A DNA stretch of 64,000 nt, taken from the NCBI GenBank assembly GCA_001599295.1, contig BCGN01000011.1:124001-188000 (forward strand). Reading direction: 5' to 3'. Positions 50,165 through 60,980 of this stretch are shown here, in pieces. The first letter of the stretch is position 1. Each line of letters starts with the position of its first letter. The notes beneath the pieces were generated by a model. That model was not told the origin of the DNA. It did not search any database and saw only the letters and a program-made list of their open reading frames with translations. The DNA comes from Sporopachydermia quercuum (Eukaryota). The position numbers and the translations under genes are program-made.

Positions 50165-51030
50165 AACAACAGACCGAGATTGGTGATTTACGTCACGTCA
50201 CGTCCACAGTGTTAGTTCAGCCATTGTAGATAGCGAACTTATTATCAAATTACTCCAGATTTTGTCAACAGTTAACAATGAGCTTTTATATGTTCCACTA
50301 TTGGATGTTCTAACTGAATATGACTGAATGAAATGAATGATATGAATCCACTATAGATAGTATTTGAACCAGTGTAGAGAAGTAGGTGCTTTACCACCGT
50401 ACGTGACAGGCTTGAATGAATCCAACTTATTTTGATAAATAAACTATTCCTGCAAATGATAAGTCATTATTGAATAGTAACATCTTCTTCTCTCTTAGTA
50501 TAAATCACCTTCCTTTAATTATTTTATACACCAATATACGACCTACTCATTGCTTCCTAGTTTCTTCAAAACACTCTTTTCATAGTAATCGAAAATTCAA
50601 ATTTCGCATCTTATCATTATTTACCTATTCGGGTAAACACAAATCTTTGTAACATCACGTCTCGATTCAATAGTGGTTCCCCTGGAGACAACATTGACCC
50701 AAATTGGGCAGTAGTAAATCTCAAACATCTACACCACAAACACGGTAAACAAAATAATTGAATTAAATGACAAACCAAACAAATTCTCTGATTGTATGCT
50801 CTACAAAGGATAGACTTATTTCCTCATTTCAGTTATTAGCAGCTAGCAGTGCATTGTCGTTGTGTGAGCTTATGTGCAGGAAAGATTTCATGGTGATAAC
50901 TTACCTTACAAGCTTAGTTTTCTGTATTATAATTAACAGAATAGGTGTTTCTACATATAGTCCGTGTGGTGTTTAATTTGGTGAAATATTGATTGCTACT
51001 CAATTTTACTAGATATGATACCTTGTTGCG

Positions 51031-52578
51031 ATGGCCCAAGCTGAAAACAAACAAGAACTACAAAGCCTGGAAAAACAACTGAAAGAACGTAACTTTCAGT
51101 TGAAAGTAGAGTTGCAAAAGCTATCGGCAGGAGTTGGGAAAACAGGGCCACTGGATGTTCTTCTAAGGAACAAACTAGACGAATTGAATCATGAGTTGTC
51201 AGTCTCTGAAGCTCAGCTGAATGATGTAAAGCAGAAGCTGACTTGTAATCAGATACCCTTATCTCAATCAAACACTCAGAAGTATTCTGATAACAGATTA
51301 CCCTCTTTGACAACTATGCAAGAAAGAGTGTTGAATAGCTTGATCTACGATTCTCCGAAATCTTTACGAACAGCTAAAGCCTTGAATATGGAGGCTTCTG
51401 ACAAAGTTGGTAAAGTTCTTACGGAACAAAATTTAATGGATCCTATCAATAAGGAGAATGAAAAGAACATTCCTCAGCCTTCTACTCAATCCAAAAACTT
51501 GTTTCAAGATAGTCAACCCAGCAGTAACCTCAGTAGGGGTAAGCAACCCATACCTGGACCAAAGCCTGGCTCAGTCTATGCTGCTGGTGGTATTGATGGT
51601 AACGATGATAATGACTTGCGGAAAAGCTCAAGAAACTTGTTAGAAACATTAAGAAGCCTATCAACATCCGCTCCAGACCCTCCGTCAAAGACAAATAGTA
51701 GTAATGGTAATAGCAATAGCAATAATCACTTCGATAGCAAGGGTGCAGAGAATGCTAATATACCCTCTAACGTCCATAAATATCAACATAGCAAATTTTA
51801 CAATAAGATGTTCCCTTCTTATGCTAACAATAAGGCTAATAGCAAGGTAGATGATACAACTATAATGGAAGAATATGTCTCTTTATATCCTGATAACGAA
51901 GAAAGATTCAAAGAGGAAGAGCATAAAATTTTACAGAAGGAACTTGATGACCTGAGAGAAAAAAACGAAGAATTAGAGCTGAAGAACAAGAATAAGGATT
52001 ATGAACTTGAGCAATACAAAAAACTCTTATTATCGTACCAGACGGAAATTCTACAATGCATTTCTGATGAGAATGATAATTGCGATACCCATAGATTTGA
52101 GCTAAAGACAATTTCTCAACGACATAATGAAATCATAAATAAAGTTCAAGCAATGAGAAAGAATTTCGACCGAATGACAAATAGAACTGCAGAAACAGAT
52201 GATTTAGAAATGAAACTACATTCTCTGAAGGCTTATACTCTACGTTCTAAAGAAAAGTATCAACAAGCACAGAGAGAGACAAGGATGAAGAGTATTGATT
52301 TGCAGGTGAGTTATATGATTATACACGACAACAATTTTGCTAACAAGTTCCTGACAATGGAAGTAGAAAAATACCAAAAGAGCAGTAGAAGAGTGTTCAA
52401 CATAGTGAAAGATTTAGGGGTTATAAACAAAGAGCTGGAAGAAGCGCTGTATTTATCTACAAGAAGGAGGCCCCGTGAGAGACTTCGTAGCTATATTTAC
52501 TTTGTGATGGCAAGTATTCGTATCAGAAATCGGTTAGAAGATAAAAGGAAACTTTTACAAATAAGGAACAGCATTTGA
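51031..52578 (+). CDS. Coiled-coil protein with a C-terminal PACT-like/calmodulin-binding region; putative spindle-pole-body component in the SPC29 slot
   Basis: 515-aa ORF with long heptad segments. The C-terminus IHDNNFANKFLTMEVEKYQKSSRRVFNIVKDLGV...RRRPRERLRSYIYFVMASIRIRN resembles the Pcp1/Spc110 PACT domain by eye only. Confidence 0.55.
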   Translation: MAQAENKQELQSLEKQLKERNFQLKVELQKLSAGVGKTGPLDVLLRNKLDELNHELSVSEAQLNDVKQKLTCNQIPLSQSNTQKYSDNRLPSLTTMQERVLNSLIYDSPKSLRTAKALNMEASDKVGKVLTEQNLMDPINKENEKNIPQPSTQSKNLFQDSQPSSNLSRGKQPIPGPKPGSVYAAGGIDGNDDNDLRKSSRNLLETLRSLSTSAPDPPSKTNSSNGNSNSNNHFDSKGAENANIPSNVHKYQHSKFYNKMFPSYANNKANSKVDDTTIMEEYVSLYPDNEERFKEEEHKILQKELDDLREKNEELELKNKNKDYELEQYKKLLLSYQTEILQCISDENDNCDTHRFELKTISQRHNEIINKVQAMRKNFDRMTNRTAETDDLEMKLHSLKAYTLRSKEKYQQAQRETRMKSIDLQVSYMIIHDNNFANKFLTMEVEKYQKSSRRVFNIVKDLGVINKELEEALYLSTRRRPRERLRSYIYFVMASIRIRNRLEDKRKLLQIRNSI

Positions 52579-52858
52579 ATGTTTGATTGCAGTGTGAGTG
52601 TGTTTGTTACTTCCAAATGGTGGATCTATTGATTAGGATAGTACGTTTGTGTAATTTTATGGACTTCGTTCAATATGCACGAATGCATACGCATTCGTGA
52701 AATGATATAATACAGTGTAATATATTACATTACGATTAATGATGTACATTCGCACAATTTTATATGTATAATAAGCAGTTCAGCTCCAAAATAATGTATA
52801 ATCACAATCAGCACCTGTATTGGGCGCTACGGCATAGTCAAGTTCTATCTTGAACAAA

Positions 52859-54148
52859 TCAGACTCTTTCAAACTTCAAGTTAAAAGTAACGGGTCCGTT
52901 TGAACCAACTCCAATTGGAACTTGCTGGTATCCACTCGGCTCGTAAAGTGCATGCCATACTTTCTTGCCTCCATATGAAATCAATCCATCAGAGTCAATT
53001 TGAAATTGAACGCCTTTGTTTTTCATTGAACATGATAGTTCGTGGTCGACAACGTCACAGAATCCTCTTCTGGATTTCAAAGTAATGCCGCCAAATGGGG
53101 CTTTTTTGATAGAGAACTGAGCACAAGTACCAGACTCATACCATCTGCCGTTGGAAATTAAGCAACCTTGTTGTCCAGTAGGTTTGAGGTATCCTTTTTC
53201 TATGTCCCCTCCACCTCCTCCTGGAGGAGATGGATTTCCTGGTGTCCAGCCTTTTGGATAAAACTTAATGCCTGTTTCTGGGCATTTAGCACGATCGAGT
53301 GAGTCAATTGGATAGTATTGACCGCTTTGAACAGCACCTTGCACTGTGTAGTAATACCATACCTCTTGTAGAGCACCGTACCTGTTGCATGCAACATAAG
53401 GTAGTTTCCCGACGTTTTTCACCAATGCATCTTCAATTTGCTTTAGTGTATATATTTTTGTTTCTGAAGGAACAATTCCCTCTGCTTGTAAGAAATCAAA
53501 TGTTGGCAGCTTCTTGTAAAGGGAAACTGCCGTAGAATAAAAATCAACCACGTTCGGGTGTGAGACAATGACAGGTTCATCGTCATCCTTTTTGGGAGTA
53601 TAGCATGAAGGGTTTAAAGTCGAAATACAGGTTCCATGTTTATTGAACTCGTGCATCCAGAGCAATTCATCATTACCATTGAAGTTTTTCCAATGACTTT
53701 TCATGTACTCCAATAATTCCTCTTGGTGGTTTTCAACAAGTATCTTAGTAACATTTCTTATCTCAAGGCTTTTATCACAAAATTGTTCATATGAGCCATC
53801 ACAATTATCTGGCCACAGCCCGTGTAAAGTAAACTTATCATCGGCTCCGATGGCAGGATAATAGTCCCAGAACTGAGTTTGAAGAATTATCCCGCCAGGA
53901 TAACTGAAGCAGCAAGTATTCTCAACTTCTGTCTGGTTTGAGCATGAGATAGGAATGTCAATGCTACATGTAGGGAAATCAAAGTCAGGATAGCTAGGGA
54001 GGTCTTTNTGATGACTATCCTCGCTCAGAAACACATTTTGAGTAAGCTTTTGTTGATATTTCTCAAAGAGTTCAGGCAATTGACCTATACTTAAGGCCAT
54101 TACAATGGAGGCCAAATGGGCCACTCCAGTGATAATTCTGACTTTCAT
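52859..54148 (-). CDS. RNY1: Secreted/vacuolar RNase T2
   Basis: Signal peptide from ATG 54148, CAS I FTLHGLWPD, CAS II WMHEFNKHGTC and the fungal C-terminal extension. Confidence 0.93.
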   Translation of the reverse strand: MKVRIITGVAHLASIVMALSIGQLPELFEKYQQKLTQNVFLSEDSHXKDLPSYPDFDFPTCSIDIPISCSNQTEVENTCCFSYPGGIILQTQFWDYYPAIGADDKFTLHGLWPDNCDGSYEQFCDKSLEIRNVTKILVENHQEELLEYMKSHWKNFNGNDELLWMHEFNKHGTCISTLNPSCYTPKKDDDEPVIVSHPNVVDFYSTAVSLYKKLPTFDFLQAEGIVPSETKIYTLKQIEDALVKNVGKLPYVACNRYGALQEVWYYYTVQGAVQSGQYYPIDSLDRAKCPETGIKFYPKGWTPGNPSPPGGGGGDIEKGYLKPTGQQGCLISNGRWYESGTCAQFSIKKAPFGGITLKSRRGFCDVVDHELSCSMKNKGVQFQIDSDGLISYGGKKVWHALYEPSGYQQVPIGVGSNGPVTFNLKFERV

Positions 54149-54560
54149 TTTGAATAGCTGAAATCTATTTTTTATATGAAACGAGACCAAAAATGCAGTA
54201 CCCAAATAATATCTATTCAGTGGTGAGCATCAAAAAGAAAATCAGTTCGCTCTACCTTATAACTACTATTTTTCGCAATTTATCTTCACAAAAGCAGCTC
54301 GAAGAGATGATCTCAATTTGAAAGTGGCTCAGGTATAAGTCGTTTTTCTCGAGCTCGCCAATTCATATGCTCGACAAACAAGTATGATCACCCAAAACTT
54401 ACGGGTTGATAATCTTCCCTCCTTATTCTTCTTACAAGTTTCTATATTCAAGAAACAGATAGTTTTATGGTCTCATTATTTATTGCATATATTCAAGGAG
54501 CATTTCTACATTACTTATCCTACTTATCAGTCAACGCCTTGCTATCAAAATTAAGGTTGC

Positions 54561-54586
54561 ATTTAGCTATGTGATTTAGCTATGTG
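54561..54586 (+). repeat. 13-nt direct tandem duplication (ATTTAGCTATGTG)x2 upstream of RNY1
   Basis: Read directly from the sequence. Confidence 0.8.
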
Positions 54587-55209
54587 AAGGTACCGTAGAG
54601 TTTGTATAGGAGAATAATCAAAATGGGGATGGCATTCCAAGACAAAAGACATAGAAAAACTGGGACTTCATACTCTGCGATAACTTTACTATAATGTATC
54701 TACAAGTATTTAAAGATATAGTATATAAATGAATTTGGGCCCAGATGAGATAATACAGAATGTACCTCGATTAAAAGATGTCAGTTCAAGAGTTTAGTGT
54801 TCTTCAGGTTAAAGTTCTGGAGACCAAAATGTTCTCGGAACCTTATTTCGAAGTGAAATAGGACATCGCATCGTGTCATAACTGGAGAGGATGGTTTCGG
54901 TATATGGCCAGCTCTCCATATAAGAAAGGATACTGGCATAAAAGGTTTAAATATAGCAATAAAGAGAACGAATTTTAATAGCAGTTAATTCGTTAGATTG
55001 ACAATTATTACACAAGTAAATCCTCAAACCACCTAGAGCTATTATACAGAGAAAGAAAGGGTAGTTTAAAATAATAGTATAAACGAGTGTGAGTTTTGAA
55101 TAGCATAATTATATATATACAGGAAAAGGACGCGAGTTTTACGTCCTTAAATACCGCAAGCGATTTCTTGCTAGAAAACAAAGCAAACAAACTACTACAT
55201 AAGAAAGCA

Positions 55210-57867
55210 TCAGCCTGAGCAGGAAGTACAGTCCTCTGGTTTGTCCCTCGAACAGAACAAAGGAGTATCGCTATGAACATCGTAAGTACTGTCTTGAGTG
55301 ATTTGAGTGTTTGATTCTGAGTCTGAAAGACTCTCGACCGAACTCCTAGAACTGATCGAAGCAGGCGTTGAATCATCAGGTGAATCTGTTTTATCTCTAC
55401 CTTCTTCCTGGGCGTCTGCATTATCTAATCCTTTAGATTTCTTAAATTTCAATTCTGACTCAATTTGTTGACAGGGAGTATATTTTCTTTTGTTGCTCAG
55501 TTGCTGAAATCTTTCTTCAAGTGCCTCCGTAGATTCCCTGTCATTTCTGTCAATATCGGACAACCCCAAAAAGCTTGAGAATTTTTGTTGATCTACTGTA
55601 AATTGAATCGGTTTTGAAGCAGCCTCAGTTCTGAGATAATACATTCCGGTCTTTAATCCTTTTTTCCAACCGTAGAAATGCATCGTCGTAAGCTTTCGCA
55701 TGGTGGGCTCTGCCATGAAAATATTCATGCTTTGGGATTGATCAATGAATGCTCCTCTATCAGCTGCCATATCAATTATCGATCTCTGAGGGATTTCCCA
55801 GACAGTTCTATAAAGTAGTTTAATCGAAGGTGGTATACCAGAAATGCTCTGTATAGAACCATTGTTCCTCAGTATTTCGTTCTTCGTGGCATTATTCCAA
55901 ATACCCAGGCTNATCAGATCTTCCATCAAGTGAGGATTTACAACCTGATATTCACCTGATAGGACTCTACGATAATAAAAATTGGAAGTATACGGTTCCA
56001 TACACTCATTGAAGCCTAAAATCTGTGATGTTGACGCAGTTGGCATCAAGGCTGTGACTAATGAGTTTCTCATTCCATACTTCTTCAATCTTCTCTTCAA
56101 ACTGTCCCAATCCCAGAGATCAGGTTGCTTCACTCCCCACAGGTCGTATTGCAGGAGACCTTGGGAGGCAGGTGACCCTTTGTAAGTCTCATAAGGACCT
56201 TCCTTTTTGGCAAGCTCTATTGACTGCTCTACAGCAGCATAGTAAATAGTTTCACATATTTGACTATTGAGAATCCTAGCTTCAAGGCAATCAAAAGGTA
56301 GCCGAAGTTTCATGAAAGTATCAGCCAATCCTTGTACACCAATTGCAATGGGTCTGTGCCTCTGATTACTTCTCTCNGCTTCTTGGACTGGATAGAAAGA
56401 GCCATCAATAATTTTGTTCAGGTTTTTTGTAACAATTTTTGTAACAGCATAGAGTTTCTTGAAATCAAATTTTAAGGTGTTATCAGTCTCAGACTCCTTC
56501 ACGAACGTTGGTAATGCGACTGAACATAAATTGCATACAGCTGTTTCCTCTGGTGACGAGTACTGAACAATTTCACAGCATAGATTAGATGATTTGATAG
56601 TTCCGAGATTCTTCTGGTTTGATTTACTATTACAAGAATCCTTATAAAGCATGAAAGGTCCTCCAGTCTCTACTTGAGATTCAAGTATACTGTGCCATAA
56701 TTTCTGGGCCTTCACAACTCTCGTAAACCTCCCTTCAGCAACGTATTTCGTATACAGCTTTTCAAATTCCTCACTACACGTATCGGCAAGTCCAGGCGAA
56801 TCAACAGGTGAAAATAAATGCCAGTCATCATTGCTTTCAACTTTCTTCATAAATAGGTCGGGTATCCATAATGCATAGAAGAGGTCACGAGCTCTTAACT
56901 CTTCTTTACCATGATTTTTTCTTAAGTCAAGGAATTCGAATATATCATTATGCCATGGTTCAAGGTATATTGCAAAAGCGCCCGGTCTTTTGTTTCCCCC
57001 TTGATCAACGTATCTAGCAGTGTTATTGAAAACTCGCAACATGGGAACTAACCCATTCGAGGTACCGTTAGTTCCTCTTATGTAGGAACCTCTAGATCTA
57101 ATATTATGAACACTTAAGCCTATTCCACCAGCGAACTTGGAGATACTTGCACAATCTGCCAATGTCTTGTATATTCCTGTGATAGAATCATCCGACATGG
57201 CCAAGAGAAAACAGGATGACAATTGCGGGAAAATGGTTCCTGAATTAAATAATGTTGGAGTAGCATGAATAAAGTACCTCTTGGACATTAACTCGTATGT
57301 TTCAAAGGCAGACTTCAAATCCTCTTTGTGTATGCCAATAGCTACTCTCATCAACATATATTGNGGTGTTTCTATAATTTTTCCTTCATATTTCAGCAAG
57401 TATGATTTTTCCAGAGTTTTGAACCCGAAGTATGAAAACGTCAAATCTCTTTCTGGTTTTATTTGTTTATTAATTTTATCTTTATTCTTCTCCACAATCT
57501 CATAAATATTTTCAGCAACTATAACATTGTACTCTCCTGTTGTTCCCTCTGGGTTGTGTGATAATTTGTACATTACTTGATCGAATGGTAGATTCACTGA
57601 TTTCTGTAAAGCAGTTACAGCCACTCTGCCTCCCAGCTGGCCATAATCATAGTGAACTGTCGTCATATCAGCGCATGTCTCTGCTAGAAGACTTTCAATA
57701 TCCTTCGTTAAAACTAAATCATAGATCCCATCGCTTACCTTATCTACTACCTTTTCAATGTCCAAGAATTCCCTGTTCAGCCCAAATGCTATAACTTTCA
57801 GCCTTTGGATCAGTTTTTCCTTTTGAAACGGCTCAATGGTGCCGTCCCTTTTTGTTACATTCATCAC
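55210..57867 (-). CDS. Ribonucleotide reductase large subunit (class Ia)
   Basis: ATP cone (VTKRDG), [28 protein letters not shown] and C-terminal CxxC (CTSCSG). RNR1 versus RNR3-type paralog is not resolved. Confidence 0.95.
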   Translation of the reverse strand: MMNVTKRDGTIEPFQKEKLIQRLKVIAFGLNREFLDIEKVVDKVSDGIYDLVLTKDIESLLAETCADMTTVHYDYGQLGGRVAVTALQKSVNLPFDQVMYKLSHNPEGTTGEYNVIVAENIYEIVEKNKDKINKQIKPERDLTFSYFGFKTLEKSYLLKYEGKIIETXQYMLMRVAIGIHKEDLKSAFETYELMSKRYFIHATPTLFNSGTIFPQLSSCFLLAMSDDSITGIYKTLADCASISKFAGGIGLSVHNIRSRGSYIRGTNGTSNGLVPMLRVFNNTARYVDQGGNKRPGAFAIYLEPWHNDIFEFLDLRKNHGKEELRARDLFYALWIPDLFMKKVESNDDWHLFSPVDSPGLADTCSEEFEKLYTKYVAEGRFTRVVKAQKLWHSILESQVETGGPFMLYKDSCNSKSNQKNLGTIKSSNLCCEIVQYSSPEETAVCNLCSVALPTFVKESETDNTLKFDFKKLYAVTKIVTKNLNKIIDGSFYPVQEXERSNQRHRPIAIGVQGLADTFMKLRLPFDCLEARILNSQICETIYYAAVEQSIELAKKEGPYETYKGSPASQGLLQYDLWGVKQPDLWDWDSLKRRLKKYGMRNSLVTALMPTASTSQILGFNECMEPYTSNFYYRRVLSGEYQVVNPHLMEDLXSLGIWNNATKNEILRNNGSIQSISGIPPSIKLLYRTVWEIPQRSIIDMAADRGAFIDQSQSMNIFMAEPTMRKLTTMHFYGWKKGLKTGMYYLRTEAASKPIQFTVDQQKFSSFLGLSDIDRNDRESTEALEERFQQLSNKRKYTPCQQIESELKFKKSKGLDNADAQEEGRDKTDSPDDSTPASISSRSSVESLSDSESNTQITQDSTYDVHSDTPLFCSRDKPEDCTSCSG

Positions 57868-58225
57868 TCACAGTTTGCAGTAACTATCAAATGACTCTCT
57901 GTATTTTTTGCCTGCTTCCATCACTTCTAACAGAATACAGAACATTCCTTTATTGTATCTTTTCAATCGCAATCTCAATTTCTATTGCCCTACAACAAGC
58001 CTATTCCAATTTTTGTCCCACTTCAGAGACTTTTCAACTCTCTTTTGCTCTCATATATTACAACCTATAGTGAGCTGCTCGATCTGTCTGCTAAGCCTTT
58101 GTATATAACTCTAATTCTCCCATCACTGTTATATCTCAGTGCGTTCCTTTGGGTAAAAGAAGAGTAAAATTCTAGATTACTCTCCAAGAAAATTTAATTA
58201 TTCAAATTAGTAACAGCATAGGTGA

Positions 58226-58257
58226 AAAGTGCATTACTAAAATCAGTAATGCACTTT
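58226..58257. repeat. Perfect 13-bp inverted repeat (AAAGTGCATTACT-N6-AGTAATGCACTTT)
   Basis: Read directly from the sequence, between the VPS30 stop and the RNR ATG. Confidence 0.85.
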
Positions 58258-58593
58258 AGTGAAGGCGATTCATTTTTTTTGTATCACTAAAACATGTGTC
58301 TTATTATAGGTTGCCGTTCCATGTAATTGCTGTTGGTGGACTTGAGTTGACAGAAAAAGTCTGAATACTGAAAGACAAAGAGTTAATAAGACAGTCAGAG
58401 TGAGATGTGAAGAGCAGTTGCGGATAGTGGTTAGTTTTGGTTTGTTTGGAATGGACAGTACGGCAATGATAAGTTGAAAAACAGAGAGAACCCATATTTA
58501 TTATACTTAATATATCATATCATTACATAGCTCGATGGTTGATGGTCATAGTAGTAGCAGTATCTAAACGACTTTTGAAATACTTTGATGCCC

Positions 58594-60070
58594 CTACCAA
58601 CTTCGAACACTGGAATGTGCCAGTATCCATTTGCAGCTATTCAGTTATTAATGTTAGTAAAATTCAATGAGATAAAGTGGTTAAATAGTAGAATAAATGC
58701 TGAATGACTTACTTCGTGAGCATTAGCTTACATGCCATCGTCCATTCTTCTCCTGTGCCTTTCGCTGAAACTTTTATACTGATGCCTCCCACTTTGTCGT
58801 CGCTGATATTATTTGGTAATCCAGAATTGTTTGCATTCCTGTTGTTTCCTGAACCAATTGTTGAAGCAGATATTGTTTCTCCTATAAGGCGAACAACTTG
58901 CAGCAAACACACTAGGCCAGAGTCGAAGTTTCCTTGGCCTAGCAACCTTCCAAAAAGTCTTTGTCCAGATGAATATAAATTATATGTTGCAGTAGTATCG
59001 TTCTCTGAATTCTCCTTATGTTCCTTCTTTTTTATACTTGAGTATGATCCCATCGGCTTCAACCTGTATTCGTCAACCTTGATTCTCTTTCGTTGCATAA
59101 TAGTAGACAGCAAGAATGTGACATGCCCCAAAGCTGCATTTATCTCCGTCCAGGGCACGGGGCATTTCTCGTAATTTCCTAGCCGCAGTCCGTTTATTGT
59201 ACCAAACATTCCATCATGAGAGATATTGAAAACATCGTTGTATACATTAGTCTTTTCCAGCTTTTTTAACTGCGACGATAGGTATGCATGTTGGGCGTCC
59301 AGTTTCTCTTGTTCGTTGGATAAATCTGTGAGTTGTAGGGTTATACTGTTTCTCTTTTCCCAAAACTCTTGCTCTATTTCATCTAGTGAGACTATTTGAG
59401 CCTGTACCTGTTGATTTCGTTTGAGTAATTCATTGTATTCTGTCTCCAGTGACTTGAGCTCCTCCAGTGATGTCGCTTCTTCATGGGCGACAGCAAGGTA
59501 ATCATTCATTATAACTCTAGATTCTTCGTTCAGCTCTTCGTTCAGCCTTTTTTCCTCTTTGTCAGTAGTTTGAATGTTAGTGACATTTTTTAATTTCTTT
59601 AGGAACTGAACATAAGTGTCCCGTTCCTGTTGCGTTCGAGCAAGCGACGTCTTAAGGCCATCGAGAATTAATGCTGAACACTCTGTGCATATAGGAAAAT
59701 CTATTTCTGTACTAAGTGATAGTACTTCGAACAGTGACTCTAATTTATGCGTAGTATCTGTTATCGAAGAGCCTGCCGTCTGATTTGCTGAAACTGTCTG
59801 GCTTATTCGGTCAATGGCCAGTGATATCTCGCCCAGCTCTGTGTCTTTCAATGTCCTTTCTTCTAGTGGTTTTAAACCATCGGCTTGTTCTAGCGCCTCG
59901 TTGAATTGCTCAACTCGCTCTCTTGGTATTGCATCGAATTCTTTTTCCGTAATCTTTATATGTGCTCTATTCAATAGTAATTTGGTTTGGGCCGGTGTTA
60001 TTTGCTTTAATGTGTCATGTATGATCAATGGCTGACTACATTTTTGACATTTAAACTCAGACAGCTTCAT
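58594..60070 (-). CDS. VPS30: Beclin/Atg6 (PI3K complex subunit), 2 exons
   Basis: ATG at 60070 (FKCQKCSQPL), FPICTEC, FGTINGLRLG and WTEINAALG. Intron 58712-58637 (GTAAGT/TACTAAC/TAG) restores the conserved end LTNCKWILAHSS. Confidence 0.9.
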
Positions 60071-60581
60071 TTTGTGCTTGCTTTTGTTTCTTATTTCATA
60101 CAACCTGACCGTGCCTGATATCCACCTTGTACATTGATTCAGAATACAAAAGGTAGCATAAAAATGTACATATATATCATTCAAGTATGCTTAAAAGTAA
60201 TAATTAATCACGAACCCTATAAAGATACCTCTGTTTATTGCCATCTCAATGATGGGGCATACCAAAATTCATATGCATATGCAGTCCAATAACAGATAAG
60301 GGTAGAGGTTATTGACGAATACTCATACTGGGCCATATACCTACCAAGAAAATAAGATAAGACCTATCAGTAATCAATAGACAAATAGACCCAACAAAAA
60401 ATCCAAAATTTCAAGATATAAAGTTACACGGAAACAACAGACCTACGAACAAAACAAACAAGCTATAACATAAAAATCAATTACTAATATACACCAAAAA
60501 GCAAAGCTTTAGAGACCAAACAGCAGACATAGAACCAAACCCCAGTTAATTAAATGTTGATTGGTTTCCCAAGGATTGCAT

Positions 60582-60980
60582 TTATAATTCCTGAGAAGCC
60601 TTTCCCTTGGAACTCTTCTTGGGCAACAAGTTTCTGTGAATGTTAGGCAAGACACCACCTTGGGCAATAGTAACATGTCCCAATAATTTGTTTAATTCTT
60701 CATCATTTCTGATGGCCAATTGTAAATGCCTAGGAATAATACGAGTCTTCTTGTTATCTCTAGCAGCGTTACCAGCCAATTCTAGAATTTCAGCAGTTAG
60801 ATATTCTAAGACAGCAGTCAAGTAAACAGGAGCAGCAGCACCAACTCTTTGAGCATAGTTTCCCTTTCTCAATAATCTGTGGATACGACCAACAGGGAAA
60901 GCCAAACCAGCTTTAGCAGATCTTGATTGAGATGCCTTAGCACCAGAAGTAGCTTTTCCACCAGATTTTCCACCAGACAT
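60582..60980 (-). CDS. HTA1: Histone H2A with SQEL tail
   Basis: Canonical H2A fold ([22 protein letters not shown]) with a C-terminal SQEL. Paralog number is uncertain. Confidence 0.95.
   Translation of the reverse strand: MSGGKSGGKATSGAKASQSRSAKAGLAFPVGRIHRLLRKGNYAQRVGAAAPVYLTAVLEYLTAEILELAGNAARDNKKTRIIPRHLQLAIRNDEELNKLLGHVTIAQGGVLPNIHRNLLPKKSSKGKASQEL

Noticed and set aside
50767..51012. Possible upstream exon (ATG 50767, GTATGC donor, TAG 51012) extending the PACT-like gene
   Set aside because: Splicing would put an in-frame TGA before ATG 51031, and there is no good branch point.
52306..52366. Apparent intron (GTGAGT...TGCTAAC...AG) inside the PACT-like ORF
   Set aside because: The frame is open through it, the encoded FANKFL segment is the best PACT-like part, and no other intron here uses GTGAGT. 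RNA-seq would settle it.
52678..52699. 9-bp hairpin between convergent genes
   Set aside because: Short enough to arise by chance; no supporting context.
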